Source: Coprobacillus sp. (lineage in GTDB: Bacteria > Bacillota_I > Bacilli_A > RFN20 > CAG-826). From it: a DNA stretch of 64,000 nucleotides. The notes beneath the pieces were generated by a model, which was not told where the DNA came from, did no database searches, and saw nothing but the letters and a program-made list of their open reading frames with translations. Position 1 is the first letter of the stretch. Every line of letters begins with the position of its first letter. Made by a program: the position numbers and the translations under genes. Below, one piece after another: positions 9,329 through 20,632 of this stretch. The stretch covers positions 129,939-193,938 of the forward strand of contig JAJQAG010000004.1 of assembly GCA_021203905.1 (NCBI GenBank), written 5' to 3'.

Positions 9329-9907
9329 TTAAAGGACACTCTCAATCATTCCTTTTAGAGTGGAGAGGGACTTTCTATCGCTAGAACTAGTAAAAAGATA
9401 TTGGGTGTCTTTTCCCACTTGATCAAGACTTTTTAGACAGGCGACTTTCTCCTTTTGGGTGAGCTTATCAGCTTTGGTAAAGACGATGATAAAGGGGATG
9501 TGATAGTAATTGAGATAGTCAATCATCTCTAAATCAATATCTAAGATTCCCCTTCGACTATCAATGAGAAGAAAAGTACATTTTAGGGTTTTTACTTTTT
9601 CAAAATAAGAGGTCATCAAGCAAGCAAAAATCTCAGCTAGCTTGACACCTTTTGCGGCGTATCCATATCCCGGAGCGTCCACTAAATAGAATGCATGATC
9701 GACATCAAAGTAGTTTAAAAGCGTCGTCTTGCCAGGAGTCGAGGAAACCTTCGCTATCCCCTTGTTTTCCACTAAAGCGTTAATGAGGCTACTCTTCCCG
9801 ACATTAGAACGGCCAACAAAAACCACCTCTTTACTATAAAGAGATGGCTTATTGGTCACATCGTTAACACTTTTAACAAAAGATGTATTTCGAAAATTAA
9901 TCATCAA
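9329..9907 (-). CDS. engB: ribosome biogenesis GTPase EngB/YsxC
   Basis: 192 aa with a G1 motif (GRSNVGKSSLIN); immediately downstream of lon, as in B. subtilis. Confidence 0.9.
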   Translation of the reverse strand: MMINFRNTSFVKSVNDVTNKPSLYSKEVVFVGRSNVGKSSLINALVENKGIAKVSSTPGKTTLLNYFDVDHAFYLVDAPGYGYAAKGVKLAEIFACLMTSYFEKVKTLKCTFLLIDSRRGILDIDLEMIDYLNYYHIPFIIVFTKADKLTQKEKVACLKSLDQVGKDTQYLFTSSSDRKSLSTLKGMIESVL

Positions 9908-12232
9908 TTATTGAATGAATGCTGTGGCGACAGCATCATCCACAGTGGTCATAAACTTAATGGTTAAGTTATCTTTGACCTCATCAGGAAGTTCTTCAAC
10001 ATCCTTCTTGTTTTCTTTTGGAACGATGATGGTTTTAATCCCACTTCTTAGGGCTGCTAAGGACTTCTCACGAAGTCCACCGATAGGAAGAGCGTGACCT
10101 CTTAGAGTCACCTCTCCTGTCATCGCCACATCAGGATTAACGGGTTTGCGACTGAGACAAGAGATGATTGCTGTGGTAATGGCGACACCTGCACTTGGGC
10201 CATCTTTAGGAACCGCTCCTTCAGGAACATGGATATGAATATCGTTGTTCTCAAAGATATCGGGATCAATCCCGTATTTCTCAGCATTGGCTTTCACATA
10301 ATCAAGAGCGATTGAGCAGCTCTCTTTCATGACGTCACCAAGGTTTCCAGTAACGACAAATCCACCCCTTCCTTTGAAGTAGTTAACCTCGATTGGAAGG
10401 ATTTCTCCACCATATTGAGTGTAGGCTAAACCAGTCACCACTCCAATCTGCTGTTCTGGTTCCTTCTTACTCTCTTCAAAGATTTCGGTGCCGAGATATT
10501 CAACGACTCTCTTTTCATCGACATCGACATGTTTAATTGAAGGATCTTTGACAATAGAAACCGCAATCTTGCGGAGACAAGAAGCAATTCTTCTCTCTAG
10601 CTCACGAACACCCGCTTCTCGTGTATAGTAACGGATGATATATAGATAGGCATCATCACTAAAAGAAACTTGTTCAGTGGTTAAACCATTGAGTTCCACT
10701 TGCTTCTGATATAAGTGCTCTTTGGCAATCATGAGTTTCTCATATTCGGTATAAGAAGAGAGTTCAATGAGTTCAAGTCGATCTCTTAAAGGATCAGGAA
10801 TATCTTCAAGGCTATTCGCAGTGCAGATAAATAAGACATCGCTTAAATCATAGGGTTCTTCAATGAAGTTATCGTTAAAGGCATTATTTTGTTCAGGATC
10901 AAGCACTTCAAGAAGCGCACTACTAGGATCACCATGATAAGAATTGGCGAGTTTATCGATTTCATCGAGAAGGAAGACAGGGTTATTCGCGCCTGCTCTC
11001 TTCATCCCGCTGATGATTCTTCCAGGCATCGAACCGACATAAGTTCTTCTATGACCTCTAATCTCCGCTTCATCACTGATACCACCTAGGGAGGCTTTGA
11101 CAAACTTACGACCAAGAGCTCTTGCAATGCTCTTACTTAAAGAGGTCTTACCACATCCCGGGGGACCATAGAAACAGAGAATCGGGGATTTGAGATTTCC
11201 CGTCAACTGTTTGACTGCGAGATACTCAATAATTCTCTTTTTGGGTTCTTTAAGACCATAGTGGTCTTCATCAAGAATCTTCTCGACATTATCAAGATTA
11301 TCGTTATCTTCGGTTTTTTGATACCAAGGAAGAGAGAGAAGAGTGTCTAAATAAGAAAGCACTAAAGCGCCTTCCAAACTTCCTTGAGGCATCATCTCAT
11401 ACTTCTTCGCCTCGGCGTGAACTTTGGCTTTGACGTTCTCTGGATAAGGATTCTCATCCGCTTTCTTGACGTAAGCGTCGATGTCATCTCCTTCTCCTTC
11501 GTCCTCTCCAAGTTCTTTCTTAATGGCTTTAAGTCTTTCTCTTAAGAAGTAGTCTCTTTGACTCTTTTCCGTGCTCTCTCTAATTGAAGATTGAATATCT
11601 TTTTCTATCTCTGTTTGTTGTTTTTGAGAGAGAAGTCCATCGGTGACTAAATCACAGAGAGATTCAATATCTTCCGCTTCGAGTATCGCTTGCTTTCTCT
11701 CCGTGGGGAGAGTTAAAGCGCCCGCAATCATATAGCAAAATAAGTCAGCATTTTTAATTCTTCCAAGGGAATTAAGATTCTCTCTGGGCATGGTGGACAT
11801 GACATCAGGCATAGATTCCATAAGGGATGTTAAGGAATCGATAACCGCTTTCCCTTTCGCATCATCGAAAGGATGGAGTTTCACCACTGTCCCTTCACAG
11901 ACAAAGAACCCATCTTCATTCATAAAGACATTCTCTAAGGTGACCTTATCAAGAGGTTGCATTCTCACTTTAAGGTTCTTGCCTTTAGGAGAAGTTGAGA
12001 CAATCTTACATAATGTCGCACTTTTATAGACATCATCACCGGTGACCTCTTCAAGGTCACTGCTATACTGGGTCGTCACAAAAATAAGGGAATCGCTGCT
12101 CTCTTGCGCCGCTTTTATCGCGTTGAGAGAGATATCTCTACCCGCATCAATATTGGTGGTAACACCAGGATAAAGCACCACGCTCTTAGTGACTAAGAGT
12201 GGGAGTATCATTTTTTCGTCTTGTTCAGCCAT
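9908..12232 (-). CDS. lon: ATP-dependent Lon protease
   Basis: 774 aa with an LON N domain, Walker A (GPPGCGKTS) and a proteolytic Ser site ([10 protein letters not shown]). Confidence 0.97.
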   Translation of the reverse strand: MAEQDEKMILPLLVTKSVVLYPGVTTNIDAGRDISLNAIKAAQESSDSLIFVTTQYSSDLEEVTGDDVYKSATLCKIVSTSPKGKNLKVRMQPLDKVTLENVFMNEDGFFVCEGTVVKLHPFDDAKGKAVIDSLTSLMESMPDVMSTMPRENLNSLGRIKNADLFCYMIAGALTLPTERKQAILEAEDIESLCDLVTDGLLSQKQQTEIEKDIQSSIRESTEKSQRDYFLRERLKAIKKELGEDEGEGDDIDAYVKKADENPYPENVKAKVHAEAKKYEMMPQGSLEGALVLSYLDTLLSLPWYQKTEDNDNLDNVEKILDEDHYGLKEPKKRIIEYLAVKQLTGNLKSPILCFYGPPGCGKTSLSKSIARALGRKFVKASLGGISDEAEIRGHRRTYVGSMPGRIISGMKRAGANNPVFLLDEIDKLANSYHGDPSSALLEVLDPEQNNAFNDNFIEEPYDLSDVLFICTANSLEDIPDPLRDRLELIELSSYTEYEKLMIAKEHLYQKQVELNGLTTEQVSFSDDAYLYIIRYYTREAGVRELERRIASCLRKIAVSIVKDPSIKHVDVDEKRVVEYLGTEIFEESKKEPEQQIGVVTGLAYTQYGGEILPIEVNYFKGRGGFVVTGNLGDVMKESCSIALDYVKANAEKYGIDPDIFENNDIHIHVPEGAVPKDGPSAGVAITTAIISCLSRKPVNPDVAMTGEVTLRGHALPIGGLREKSLAALRSGIKTIIVPKENKKDVEELPDEVKDNLTIKFMTTVDDAVATAFIQ

Positions 12233-12265
12233 TGTTATACCTCCTTACTAATTAAGACACTTATA

Positions 12266-13546
12266 TTAGTCATTCTCACGATATAACAAATCTTCAATAC
12301 GAGTAAATCTCACTTGGCTGCGGAATTGTTCAACTTGAGAAGCTAGAGCTTCTCTGACTTGATCAATTTCCATATGATAGGCTTCCGCCATCTTGGCGTA
12401 TTCAAACTCAAGATCGGCGTCTTCAATGACAATATCTTCAATTTGACCAATCTTGTCTAAGATAAAGAAGTTGGTGACGTTCTTCGTCGCTCTCTCACGG
12501 AGTTGAGCCATGAATTCATCTTCACTTTGACCAACGATTTGGAGATATGACTCAAGGTCAAAACCAGATTGGGCCATCTGCTCTTCCTGACTCTCTCTCA
12601 TAGAGTCCGTCTCTTGATCAATAATTTCATGAGGAATATCAATAGAAGAATGACTAATAATCTCATCTAAGACTTTACCAATGTAGTCACTCTTGAGTTT
12701 GTTGCTCTTCTGTTGAAGAAGATCTTGTTTAGTGTGCTCCCTAAATTGCTCAACCGTCTTAATGCCGTCATGGTTAAGACCTTCAATAAAGGCATCAGTT
12801 AATTCTGGTAATTGTTTGGTTTTCACTTCGTGAACATCTGTGTGAAACACGGCGTTCTTACCCGCGAGATTCTCCACATATTGTTCAGGGAAGGTAATCG
12901 CGACATCGACATGTTGATCAGGCTCCACGCCGACAAGTTGTTCTTCAAAACCCGGAACAAAGGATTGAGAACCTAATTCGAGTTCATAGTTGGTAACTGT
13001 CCCCCCTTCAAAAGGTTCTTCTTCACCCTCAAGGACTCCTACGGCATCGATGACGACGACATCGCCTAATTCCGCTTTACCCTCTTTAATTACAAGAGTA
13101 GCGTTCTCGCTTTGAGTCTTCTTGAGGCTCTCTTCCACTTCTTCATCACTGACTGTGGCTTCTTCTTTGCCCACTTCAAGGCCTTTATAAGGACCGATTT
13201 CAATGATGGGTTCAGTGGTGACCATAAACTTCATGGCTAACTCATCGTTAGAGCATTTTGTCACCATGACATCAGGTGAGGCAAAAGGATGAACATCCTC
13301 TTTTTTAATGGCCTCCACAAAGAGATCATTAATGATGGAGCTAATGGCTTCGTTCCACACTTTACTATCACTAATCTGTTCTTTGACGAGGTTTTGGGGA
13401 GCTTTGCCTTTTCTAAAACCTTTGATTTCGACATCTTTTGCGAGTTTATCAAAAGCTTTCTTTTGGGCGCCTCTCCACTGCTCGGCGTCAACCTCAACTT
13501 CAAGTTCAAGATGAGTATTATCTGTTTTTGTTACTTTGGTTTCCAT
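12266..13546 (-). CDS. tig: trigger factor
   Basis: 426 aa with the Tig N-terminal ribosome-binding region (GFRKGKAP), a PPIase domain and an acidic C-terminus. Confidence 0.95.
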   Translation of the reverse strand: METKVTKTDNTHLELEVEVDAEQWRGAQKKAFDKLAKDVEIKGFRKGKAPQNLVKEQISDSKVWNEAISSIINDLFVEAIKKEDVHPFASPDVMVTKCSNDELAMKFMVTTEPIIEIGPYKGLEVGKEEATVSDEEVEESLKKTQSENATLVIKEGKAELGDVVVIDAVGVLEGEEEPFEGGTVTNYELELGSQSFVPGFEEQLVGVEPDQHVDVAITFPEQYVENLAGKNAVFHTDVHEVKTKQLPELTDAFIEGLNHDGIKTVEQFREHTKQDLLQQKSNKLKSDYIGKVLDEIISHSSIDIPHEIIDQETDSMRESQEEQMAQSGFDLESYLQIVGQSEDEFMAQLRERATKNVTNFFILDKIGQIEDIVIEDADLEFEYAKMAEAYHMEIDQVREALASQVEQFRSQVRFTRIEDLLYREND

Positions 13547-13619
13547 GTTTTACCTCCAGGTTCACACACAAATATATTGTATTATAAAAATTAATTTTTA
13601 TACAACCCCTATTTGAGAT

Positions 13620-14552
13620 TTAAAAATTCTCACTACTCTCTTTAATTTTATTGATTAAAGTTAAGACTTTATCAGGGTTGGCATTCCACATTCCCACGAT
13701 GTTTTCAAGAGTTAACTGATCATCAGTTTGCATATAATCTCTTGCGACAATATGAAGAGCGCATCCAAGGTTAGATAGTTCATCACTCTTACTTGAGGGG
13801 AAATAATAGAGATAGTAAAGGGGATAGAGTGATAAAGCGATATTGACCAAGGAAGAATCATTGATATTCGATTGAAGGGAATACGCTAGCTTCCTCAATT
13901 CTTCTCCTCCCCTTAAGACTTCGTAATCTTTTAAGGTCACAGTGATACTTTGATTATCCTTATTAGAGAAGGTAATATCCTTACTGTATCCTTTGGATAC
14001 AAGAGTGAGAAGGGCAAACATACGGACACTATAAGAGAAAGTAGAAACACAGAGATTAAGAAGGGGATCAATACAATCGAGGAAGTTATTCTCATCCACT
14101 TCATTCATCGTCGAGATAAGTTCACTCTCATCTCGAGAGGTGGTTAAGATTGAGGCAATCTCATTGCCGCTCTTTTTCTGCATGCTCTCGTAGTATTCTT
14201 TCTCTTTTTGCTTTATCTCCTTTGGATAGGATTGAAGCATCTCTTCCACTTCTTGACTCTCATATGGGAGAGTGGCATAGAATTCCATTCTCTCTTCCGC
14301 TTCTTGAAAGAGATTAGCGGCGAGAAGAGATTCAATGTTGGTCTTGATAAGAAGAGAGAGTCTCTCTTTAAGGATGTCAAACTTCTTATCGATGAGCTTT
14401 CTCGCCTCTTCAAATTGGGCGGTGGCGTATAAAGAAAGAAGGCGACAGAAGAGGAAATCAATATCATCATTTCCTTCAGTGGCCTTTAAAACAAGGTCAT
14501 ATTGACCCTTCTCTAAGAGAGAATATAAGTTATCAAATTCTTGTTTTTCCAT
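13620..14552 (-). CDS. hypothetical protein (310 aa, mostly alpha-helical)
   Basis: Long ORF with no family I can recognise; sits downstream of tRNA-Arg. Confidence 0.5.
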   Translation of the reverse strand: MEKQEFDNLYSLLEKGQYDLVLKATEGNDDIDFLFCRLLSLYATAQFEEARKLIDKKFDILKERLSLLIKTNIESLLAANLFQEAEERMEFYATLPYESQEVEEMLQSYPKEIKQKEKEYYESMQKKSGNEIASILTTSRDESELISTMNEVDENNFLDCIDPLLNLCVSTFSYSVRMFALLTLVSKGYSKDITFSNKDNQSITVTLKDYEVLRGGEELRKLAYSLQSNINDSSLVNIALSLYPLYYLYYFPSSKSDELSNLGCALHIVARDYMQTDDQLTLENIVGMWNANPDKVLTLINKIKESSENF

Positions 14553-14608
14553 TATATCTAGTAGTTTTTTAGTATATTTATATATAACCCACTCTCTTAA
14601 AAAAAGAG

Positions 14609-14685
14609 TGGCGCCCTCGAGGCGACTCGAACGCCTGACCCACAGCTTAGAAGGCTGTTGCTCTATCCAACTGAGCTACGAGGGC
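14609..14685 (-). tRNA. tRNA-Arg (anticodon TCT)
   Basis: Cloverleaf folded by hand: acceptor GCCCTCG/CGAGGGC, D-arm GCTC-AGTTGGATA-GAGC, anticodon loop CTTCTAA, T-arm AGGCG-TTCGAGT-CGCCT, discriminator G, encoded CCA. Confidence 0.85.
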
Positions 14686-14734
14686 ACGGACACTTTCTTT
14701 ATATTAAACATCTATGATGTTAAATGCAATTCTT

Positions 14735-16489
14735 TTATGAGGTGTGAAATAAGTTATAAAGGTTAGTGGCAACATCTTTAGGAAGGATCTCTTCTAGGTC
14801 GCTTAAAGTGGCGTTATGAAAGAGTTCTAGACTTGGATAAAGAGCGAGAATTTTCTCTTTTCTCTTCTCTCCAATCCCACTTATTCCATCTAGATATGAC
14901 TTTGTCATATGCCTAGCCCTTGTCTCATGATGATACTTAATCGCAAAGCGATGGACTTCATCTTGCATCCTTGTAAGTAGGAAGAAGAGAGATTCATCCT
15001 CAATAGTGATGACTTGGTTATCTAAGGTCACTATTCCTTTGGTGCGGTGCCTCTCATCCTTATAGAGTCCATAGATAGGAATATCTAAACCTAAAGTACT
15101 GAGTACTTTAGCACCGACTTCTAGTTGGGTGATACCCCCATCCACAAAGATGAGATCAGGACGTTCTGTCTCTTCACTGATCATCCTCTTATATCGTCTG
15201 GTCATAATCTCTTCCATATCTTTGAGGTCATCTCTCGCATCGTCTTCATTGAGTTTGTACTTTCGATACATTGAGGGGCACTTCTCTCCATTGATAAAGA
15301 CCACCATGACACCCACAGGATCACTACCCGCAATATGGGAATTATCAAACATCTCAATTCTTGTGGGAAAAGAAATATGGAGGAGATCCGCTAACTTAGT
15401 AAGAAGCTCTTCTTTCCCCTCATCGATGCGAGCACTTAAGAAGTATTGATCAAGAGCGTTATTCGCGTTCTCTTTCGCTAGAACCACTAAATCATATATC
15501 GGCCCTTTTGACTTATTGGTGATATTACAAGAAAGGTAAGATTCTAATTCTTCAATCACACGATCGTTATTTATAACGATTTCTTTCGGAAGAGGATGAG
15601 ATTGATAATACTGTAAGATGAGGTCAGCGACCTCTTCTTCTTGGTTTAGAAAGGTTTCGACGACAAAAGACTTTTTGGCGAGTAACACTCCATTGACATA
15701 AGAGAAGATAACTAAAGATAAGAGGTTCTCCCTCGTAGAGAAGGCAAAGATGTCACGATTGAGCTTATCTTTCATCTCGACATTTTGCTTCGCACTGATA
15801 TGATCGATAGAATCAATGATATCTTTATATTCTTGAGCGAGCTCATAATTCATGGAGGCGCTCGCTTCTTTCATCTTATTTTCGTATTCTCTTCTTTCCT
15901 TGGCGGTGTCTCCACTTAAAAAGCGTCTGATTTCTTCAATCATCTCTTTATAGGTAGATTCTTCAATCTTATTGATACAAGGAGCGAGACACTGCCCTAG
16001 ATGATAATAAAGACAAGGAGAAGAGGGAATTCTCTGACATTTCCTCAAAGGAAAGATCTTATTAAGTAAATCTAGGATTTGGTGGATATTCGCACCACTA
16101 GGGAAAGGTCCAAAGTAATAGTAACTAGGATTCTCAGTATTTCTTTTAATCGTGAGATAGGGATCTTCTCCCTTTTTTAAAGCGATATAGGGATAGTGAC
16201 TATCATCTTTAAGGAGGATGTTATATTTCGGATGATGATGCTTAATAAGATTCATCTCTAAGACGAGGGCTTCTTTCTCATTCTCCGTGATAATCGTATC
16301 AAAGTGATGAGCTTCACTCGCCATCTTGGCGACTTTCCCATATTGCTCACGAAGGAAGTATTGACTCACTCTTTTATATAAGTCTTTAGCCTTTCCAATA
16401 TAGATAATCTTATTATCCTGGTTATACATTAAATACACTCCAGGGAGGTGTTTGAGATTAGAAATACAAGAGGCGATTAAATCAGTCAT
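14735..16489 (-). CDS. uvrC: excinuclease ABC subunit C
   Basis: 584 aa with an N-terminal GIY-YIG domain (GVYLMYNQDNKIIYIGKAK), a UvrC RNase H-like domain and a C-terminal HhH. Confidence 0.95.
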   Translation of the reverse strand: MTDLIASCISNLKHLPGVYLMYNQDNKIIYIGKAKDLYKRVSQYFLREQYGKVAKMASEAHHFDTIITENEKEALVLEMNLIKHHHPKYNILLKDDSHYPYIALKKGEDPYLTIKRNTENPSYYYFGPFPSGANIHQILDLLNKIFPLRKCQRIPSSPCLYYHLGQCLAPCINKIEESTYKEMIEEIRRFLSGDTAKERREYENKMKEASASMNYELAQEYKDIIDSIDHISAKQNVEMKDKLNRDIFAFSTRENLLSLVIFSYVNGVLLAKKSFVVETFLNQEEEVADLILQYYQSHPLPKEIVINNDRVIEELESYLSCNITNKSKGPIYDLVVLAKENANNALDQYFLSARIDEGKEELLTKLADLLHISFPTRIEMFDNSHIAGSDPVGVMVVFINGEKCPSMYRKYKLNEDDARDDLKDMEEIMTRRYKRMISEETERPDLIFVDGGITQLEVGAKVLSTLGLDIPIYGLYKDERHRTKGIVTLDNQVITIEDESLFFLLTRMQDEVHRFAIKYHHETRARHMTKSYLDGISGIGEKRKEKILALYPSLELFHNATLSDLEEILPKDVATNLYNLFHTS

Positions 16490-18773
16490 TAAAAGTCACC
16501 ACTGTCGCTCCCATGGAACCCTCATAATCGTTTCCATATCGATAGGAGAGACCTTTCTTCGTCTTTAAATAATCCCACACGGCTTTTCTTAAAGCTCCCG
16601 TTCCATAACCATGGATAATCCTTACGCTCTTTAATTTATGTAGTATTGCCTCATCGAGGTATTTATCAAGAGCGGCAATCGCTTCATCCGTGCGGTAACC
16701 TAAAAGATTAATCTCACTCGGCATTGATCCAGTTATCTTCTTATCGATATTAATACTAGAGACCACTCTTTGTTCTCCTTCTTCTTCTTTTTTCGTGTTT
16801 TTAAGTGGGGCTTTTACACTCATCCCTTCACTGGTAAGAATAGTTAATGTTTCTCCTTTTATCGCTTTCACTCTTCCTTTTAAGGAGAGAGAAGGAATCG
16901 AGACATAATCTCCCACATGAATATCATCATCAAACTCTTCATCATCTTCATTCTCTCTTAAAGCGTTGACTCTCCCTTTCGCTTGAATGACATCGTTGAG
17001 TTTAACTTCTCTCTTATTAAGATCCTTCATAATCTCATTAAGTTCTTCTTCGGTGCCTTTTAAGAGCTGTTCTTTCTCTTCTTTAACTTCTTCTAGTAAG
17101 AGAGACTTTCTTCTTTCAAGAGTCTTCTTCTCGTTATTTAATTCCTTTTCTTTTTTCTCTAAATCTTGTTGTTTCTCATTTAATTGTTTAGAAAGATTCA
17201 TATTAACCACTAACTGGTTAGTGAGCTCATCGAGCATTTGTGCGCTCTCGCTCTCTCCACTTCTCTCTTTAGCGGCTTGGACAATATCTTGTTTAATGCC
17301 AAAGCGAGACGCTACCTCAAAGGCATAACTCTTTCCAGGTACTCCTTGAACAAAGATATAAGTGGGTGAGAGTTCTCTCTCATCAAATAGCATCATTCCA
17401 TTACTAATCCCCTCTTGTTGGTAGGCATATTCTTTAAGTCCTGAGAAGTGAGAAGAGATTAAACAAAACACTCCTTTAGAGTGAAGATAACTAACAATAG
17501 AGATGGCTAAGGCTTCTCCCTCTTTTGGATCGGTACCTGTTCCTAGTTCATCGATAAGCACTAAATCATGACTGGTGACATGATTAAGAATCTCACTGAT
17601 ATTTGACATGTGAGCGGAAAAGGTTGAGAGATTATCACTTAAAGACTGTTGATCTCCAATATCAATATAGATGTGATTAAAGTAGGAGAGTTTTCCCTCT
17701 TCAACAGGAATCATCAACCCACATTGATTCATATAGATAAGAAGACCAATAGTCTTAAGAGAGACAGTTTTACCTCCCGCATTAGGACCAGAGATAATAA
17801 TGATTTGATTATCTTTATCAAGAAGAAAGGAGTTAGCAACGACTTTCGTGGGATCAATCAAAGGATGACGGGCTCTTTTTAAGGAGATGACTTTTTCCTT
17901 TTCTAGTGATAGCAAAATGGATCCACTCTTTTTCCCATACTTCGCCTTGGCTTGGAGAAAATCAATCTCCCCAATCACCGAGTTATTATGAATAATCTCT
18001 TCTTCTTGTAAGAGACACATATTGGTAAGTCTTAATAAGATCTTTCTCTCTTCACTGGCTTCCTCAATTTTAAGTGCGGTGATGTCATTATTAAGTTGGA
18101 CAATCTCTAAAGGTTCAATAAAGGTGGTGTTGCCAGTTTGTGAGATATCATAGACTATCCCCGAGATTTTATTCTTATACATGGTCTTAATAGGTAAGAC
18201 ATAATGACCATCCCTCATCGTCATATTCTCATCACTTAAAAGAGAAGAATACTTATAAGAAATCTTGGTGATGGTGTCATTTAATTCTGTTTCTTTGCTT
18301 TTAATTTTCTTTCTAATCTGGGCAAGGTCCACTGACGCAGTATCTAAGATTGTTAAAGCGTTACTGATAGTCTTTTTAATCTCTTTCATTAAAGAAGAGA
18401 GATCTGAGAAAGAATCAATTAAAGAGGTGAGATAAGGATAATCTACTTTCTCCACTTTTTTATAGAAGGTGATAATCTCATTACTAAGAACAATATCATC
18501 ATAGATATTCATTAAATCTTGAGGAGTTAGAAGTCCTGATTTATGCGCGATATCGATGATTTTAATCGCGGATTTAGACATACTTAAGGGAAAAAGAGAG
18601 TGCTTTTCATTAAGATTAATCATCTCTTGTAGTTTCTCTTTTTCTTTTATAAGTTCTTCTTTTGAAAGCATGGAAAGAGAAGAGATTCTCTCTTTTCCCA
18701 CTTCCGTTGTGGCCTCAAAAGAGACACTCTCGAAAATATCACGAACTTGAAAAGTAGATATCAAATCTTGCAT
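16482..18773 (-). CDS. mutS2: endonuclease MutS2 (Smr-domain)
   Basis: 763 aa with a MutS ATPase domain (GPNAGGKT), a long coiled coil and a C-terminal Smr domain. Confidence 0.93.
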   Translation of the reverse strand: MQDLISTFQVRDIFESVSFEATTEVGKERISSLSMLSKEELIKEKEKLQEMINLNEKHSLFPLSMSKSAIKIIDIAHKSGLLTPQDLMNIYDDIVLSNEIITFYKKVEKVDYPYLTSLIDSFSDLSSLMKEIKKTISNALTILDTASVDLAQIRKKIKSKETELNDTITKISYKYSSLLSDENMTMRDGHYVLPIKTMYKNKISGIVYDISQTGNTTFIEPLEIVQLNNDITALKIEEASEERKILLRLTNMCLLQEEEIIHNNSVIGEIDFLQAKAKYGKKSGSILLSLEKEKVISLKRARHPLIDPTKVVANSFLLDKDNQIIIISGPNAGGKTVSLKTIGLLIYMNQCGLMIPVEEGKLSYFNHIYIDIGDQQSLSDNLSTFSAHMSNISEILNHVTSHDLVLIDELGTGTDPKEGEALAISIVSYLHSKGVFCLISSHFSGLKEYAYQQEGISNGMMLFDERELSPTYIFVQGVPGKSYAFEVASRFGIKQDIVQAAKERSGESESAQMLDELTNQLVVNMNLSKQLNEKQQDLEKKEKELNNEKKTLERRKSLLLEEVKEEKEQLLKGTEEELNEIMKDLNKREVKLNDVIQAKGRVNALRENEDDEEFDDDIHVGDYVSIPSLSLKGRVKAIKGETLTILTSEGMSVKAPLKNTKKEEEGEQRVVSSINIDKKITGSMPSEINLLGYRTDEAIAALDKYLDEAILHKLKSVRIIHGYGTGALRKAVWDYLKTKKGLSYRYGNDYEGSMGATVVTFND

Positions 18774-18824
18774 AGGAATAAGTTTAGCACATATTTTTAA
18801 TTTAAAATATGCTAAACTAGAGGC

Positions 18825-19694
18825 ATGGCAAGTGGCTACTTAACACTCTTAGTCAATGAAGATGAAAGAGAAAAAATCACCACTCTTTTCGCTGACTATG
18901 AAAGACAATGTGGAGAGGTATATTGCACTCACCACTACGAAAGAGAGGGTTATCAAGTAAAACTCTATCAATCGAAAAAAGGAGATAAACTCGTGATTCA
19001 AGGACCAGATCCTATCGAGTTTCGCAATAAATATCTCTCTTTTATTGATGTGTGGGCGTGTGAAGAGAGTCAAATTGGAAGTGATGAGGTAGGAGTGTGT
19101 GATTTCCTTCTCCCTTTAGTGGTGGTTTCTGTCTATCTTGATAAAAAAGATGTCAGTAAGATCGAAGAATATGGAATAAGAGATAGTAAGAAACTCTCTG
19201 ATAGTTATATCCTCTCTATTGGTCCAAAGCTTGTTAAAGAATTTGCTTTTTCGAAGTTAACAGTCTCTAATGAAAAATACGATGAATTAGTGAGAGGGGG
19301 AGAAACCACTCACACGATTAAAGCGAAGCTTCATAATCGTGCTATCGGAAATATTCATAAACAATTCCCACAGTGTGAAAATATCTTTCTTGATCAATTC
19401 GTGAATGAGAAAAAATACTTTGAATATCTAGAAAATGAAGAGGAAGTTGAAAGGAATATCTCCTTTTTAACAAAGAGTGAGACCTACTATCCGAGTGTCG
19501 CTTTAGCTAGTGTCATCGCTCGATACTCTCTTTTATTGGAAAAGAAAAAACTCGAAGAGAAATATCACATGACTTTCCCAGCGGGAGATGGGAAAGAAGC
19601 GGATAACGCCACAAAGAGATTTGTAGCGAGATATGGAAAGGAAGAGTTACATAAAGTAGCAAAAACCACTTTTAAGAATTTCAAAAATATTTAA
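18825..19694 (+). CDS. rnhC: ribonuclease HIII
   Basis: 289 aa with an RNase HII/HIII catalytic core (DEVGVCDF..) plus an ~80-aa N-terminal extension. Confidence 0.8.
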   Translation: MASGYLTLLVNEDEREKITTLFADYERQCGEVYCTHHYEREGYQVKLYQSKKGDKLVIQGPDPIEFRNKYLSFIDVWACEESQIGSDEVGVCDFLLPLVVVSVYLDKKDVSKIEEYGIRDSKKLSDSYILSIGPKLVKEFAFSKLTVSNEKYDELVRGGETTHTIKAKLHNRAIGNIHKQFPQCENIFLDQFVNEKKYFEYLENEEEVERNISFLTKSETYYPSVALASVIARYSLLLEKKKLEEKYHMTFPAGDGKEADNATKRFVARYGKEELHKVAKTTFKNFKNI

Positions 19695-19705
19695 GGAAGA
19701 TAGAT

Positions 19706-20608
19706 ATGCTTATCCATGTTAGTGACGAGGTACAAGAAGCCCTAGATAATCATCAACCAGTGGTCGCTCTAGAGACCACTATTATTTCTCATGGGATGCC
19801 CTATCCCACAAATGTCGAGACCGCCCTTAAAGTGGAAGAGACAATTCGTTCTTTTGGAGTGGTTCCCGCCACTATCGGTATCATTGATGGGATTCCCACT
19901 GTGGGTATGAACAAAGAACAAATTGAAGAGTTTGGAACCAGAAAAGGAATTAAGAAAGTCTCAAGAAGAGATTTAGCGAGTGTCTGCGCAAATAAACAAT
20001 GGGGCGCCACGACTGTCAGTGGAACCATGATTATCGCCAAAGAAGCGGGGATTAAAGTCTTTGTCACCGGAGGAATCGGTGGGGTGCATCGTGGAGCGGA
20101 AACCACCATGGATATATCTGCGGATCTAGAAGAGCTCGCGCAAACAAATGTTGCCGTTGTTTGTGCGGGACCAAAAGCTATTCTTGATTTAGGATTAACC
20201 CTAGAATACTTAGAGACAAAAGGGGTGACAATCGTTGGTTATCAGACCAATGAACTCCCCGCTTTTTATACAAGAGAAAGCGGCTATCCTGTGGATGTTA
20301 AATGTGACAGCCCAAAGGAGATTGCGGATCTCATTAAGATGAAGAATGAATTGCATCTTGAAGGGGGAATGCTCATCGCTAATCCAATCCCTCAAGAATA
20401 CGCGATGAATAAACTTGTGATGGACTACGCTATTGATCAAGCCATAGAAGAAGCAAACGAGAAAGGAATTAAGGGGAAAGACTTAACGCCATTTCTCCTC
20501 TCTCGAATTAGTGATATCACTGGGGGAGAGTCTCTTGAAAGCAATATTCACCTCATTATGAATAATGCTGTCCTTGGAGCACAACTAGCCCTTGAATTAG
20601 AAAAATAA
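19706..20608 (+). CDS. psuG: pseudouridine-5'-phosphate glycosidase
   Basis: 300 aa of the IndA/PsuG family (VVALETTIISHGMPYP..). Confidence 0.85.
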   Translation: MLIHVSDEVQEALDNHQPVVALETTIISHGMPYPTNVETALKVEETIRSFGVVPATIGIIDGIPTVGMNKEQIEEFGTRKGIKKVSRRDLASVCANKQWGATTVSGTMIIAKEAGIKVFVTGGIGGVHRGAETTMDISADLEELAQTNVAVVCAGPKAILDLGLTLEYLETKGVTIVGYQTNELPAFYTRESGYPVDVKCDSPKEIADLIKMKNELHLEGGMLIANPIPQEYAMNKLVMDYAIDQAIEEANEKGIKGKDLTPFLLSRISDITGGESLESNIHLIMNNAVLGAQLALELEK

Positions 20609-20632
20609 ATCATTTTATTCCTTTTTTAGAGG

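Noticed and set aside
14700-14730. Near-palindrome TTAAACATC..GATGTTAAA between uvrC and tRNA-Arg
   Set aside because: The arms are imperfect and the sequence is AT-rich low-complexity. It may be a weak uvrC terminator, but there is not enough to call it.
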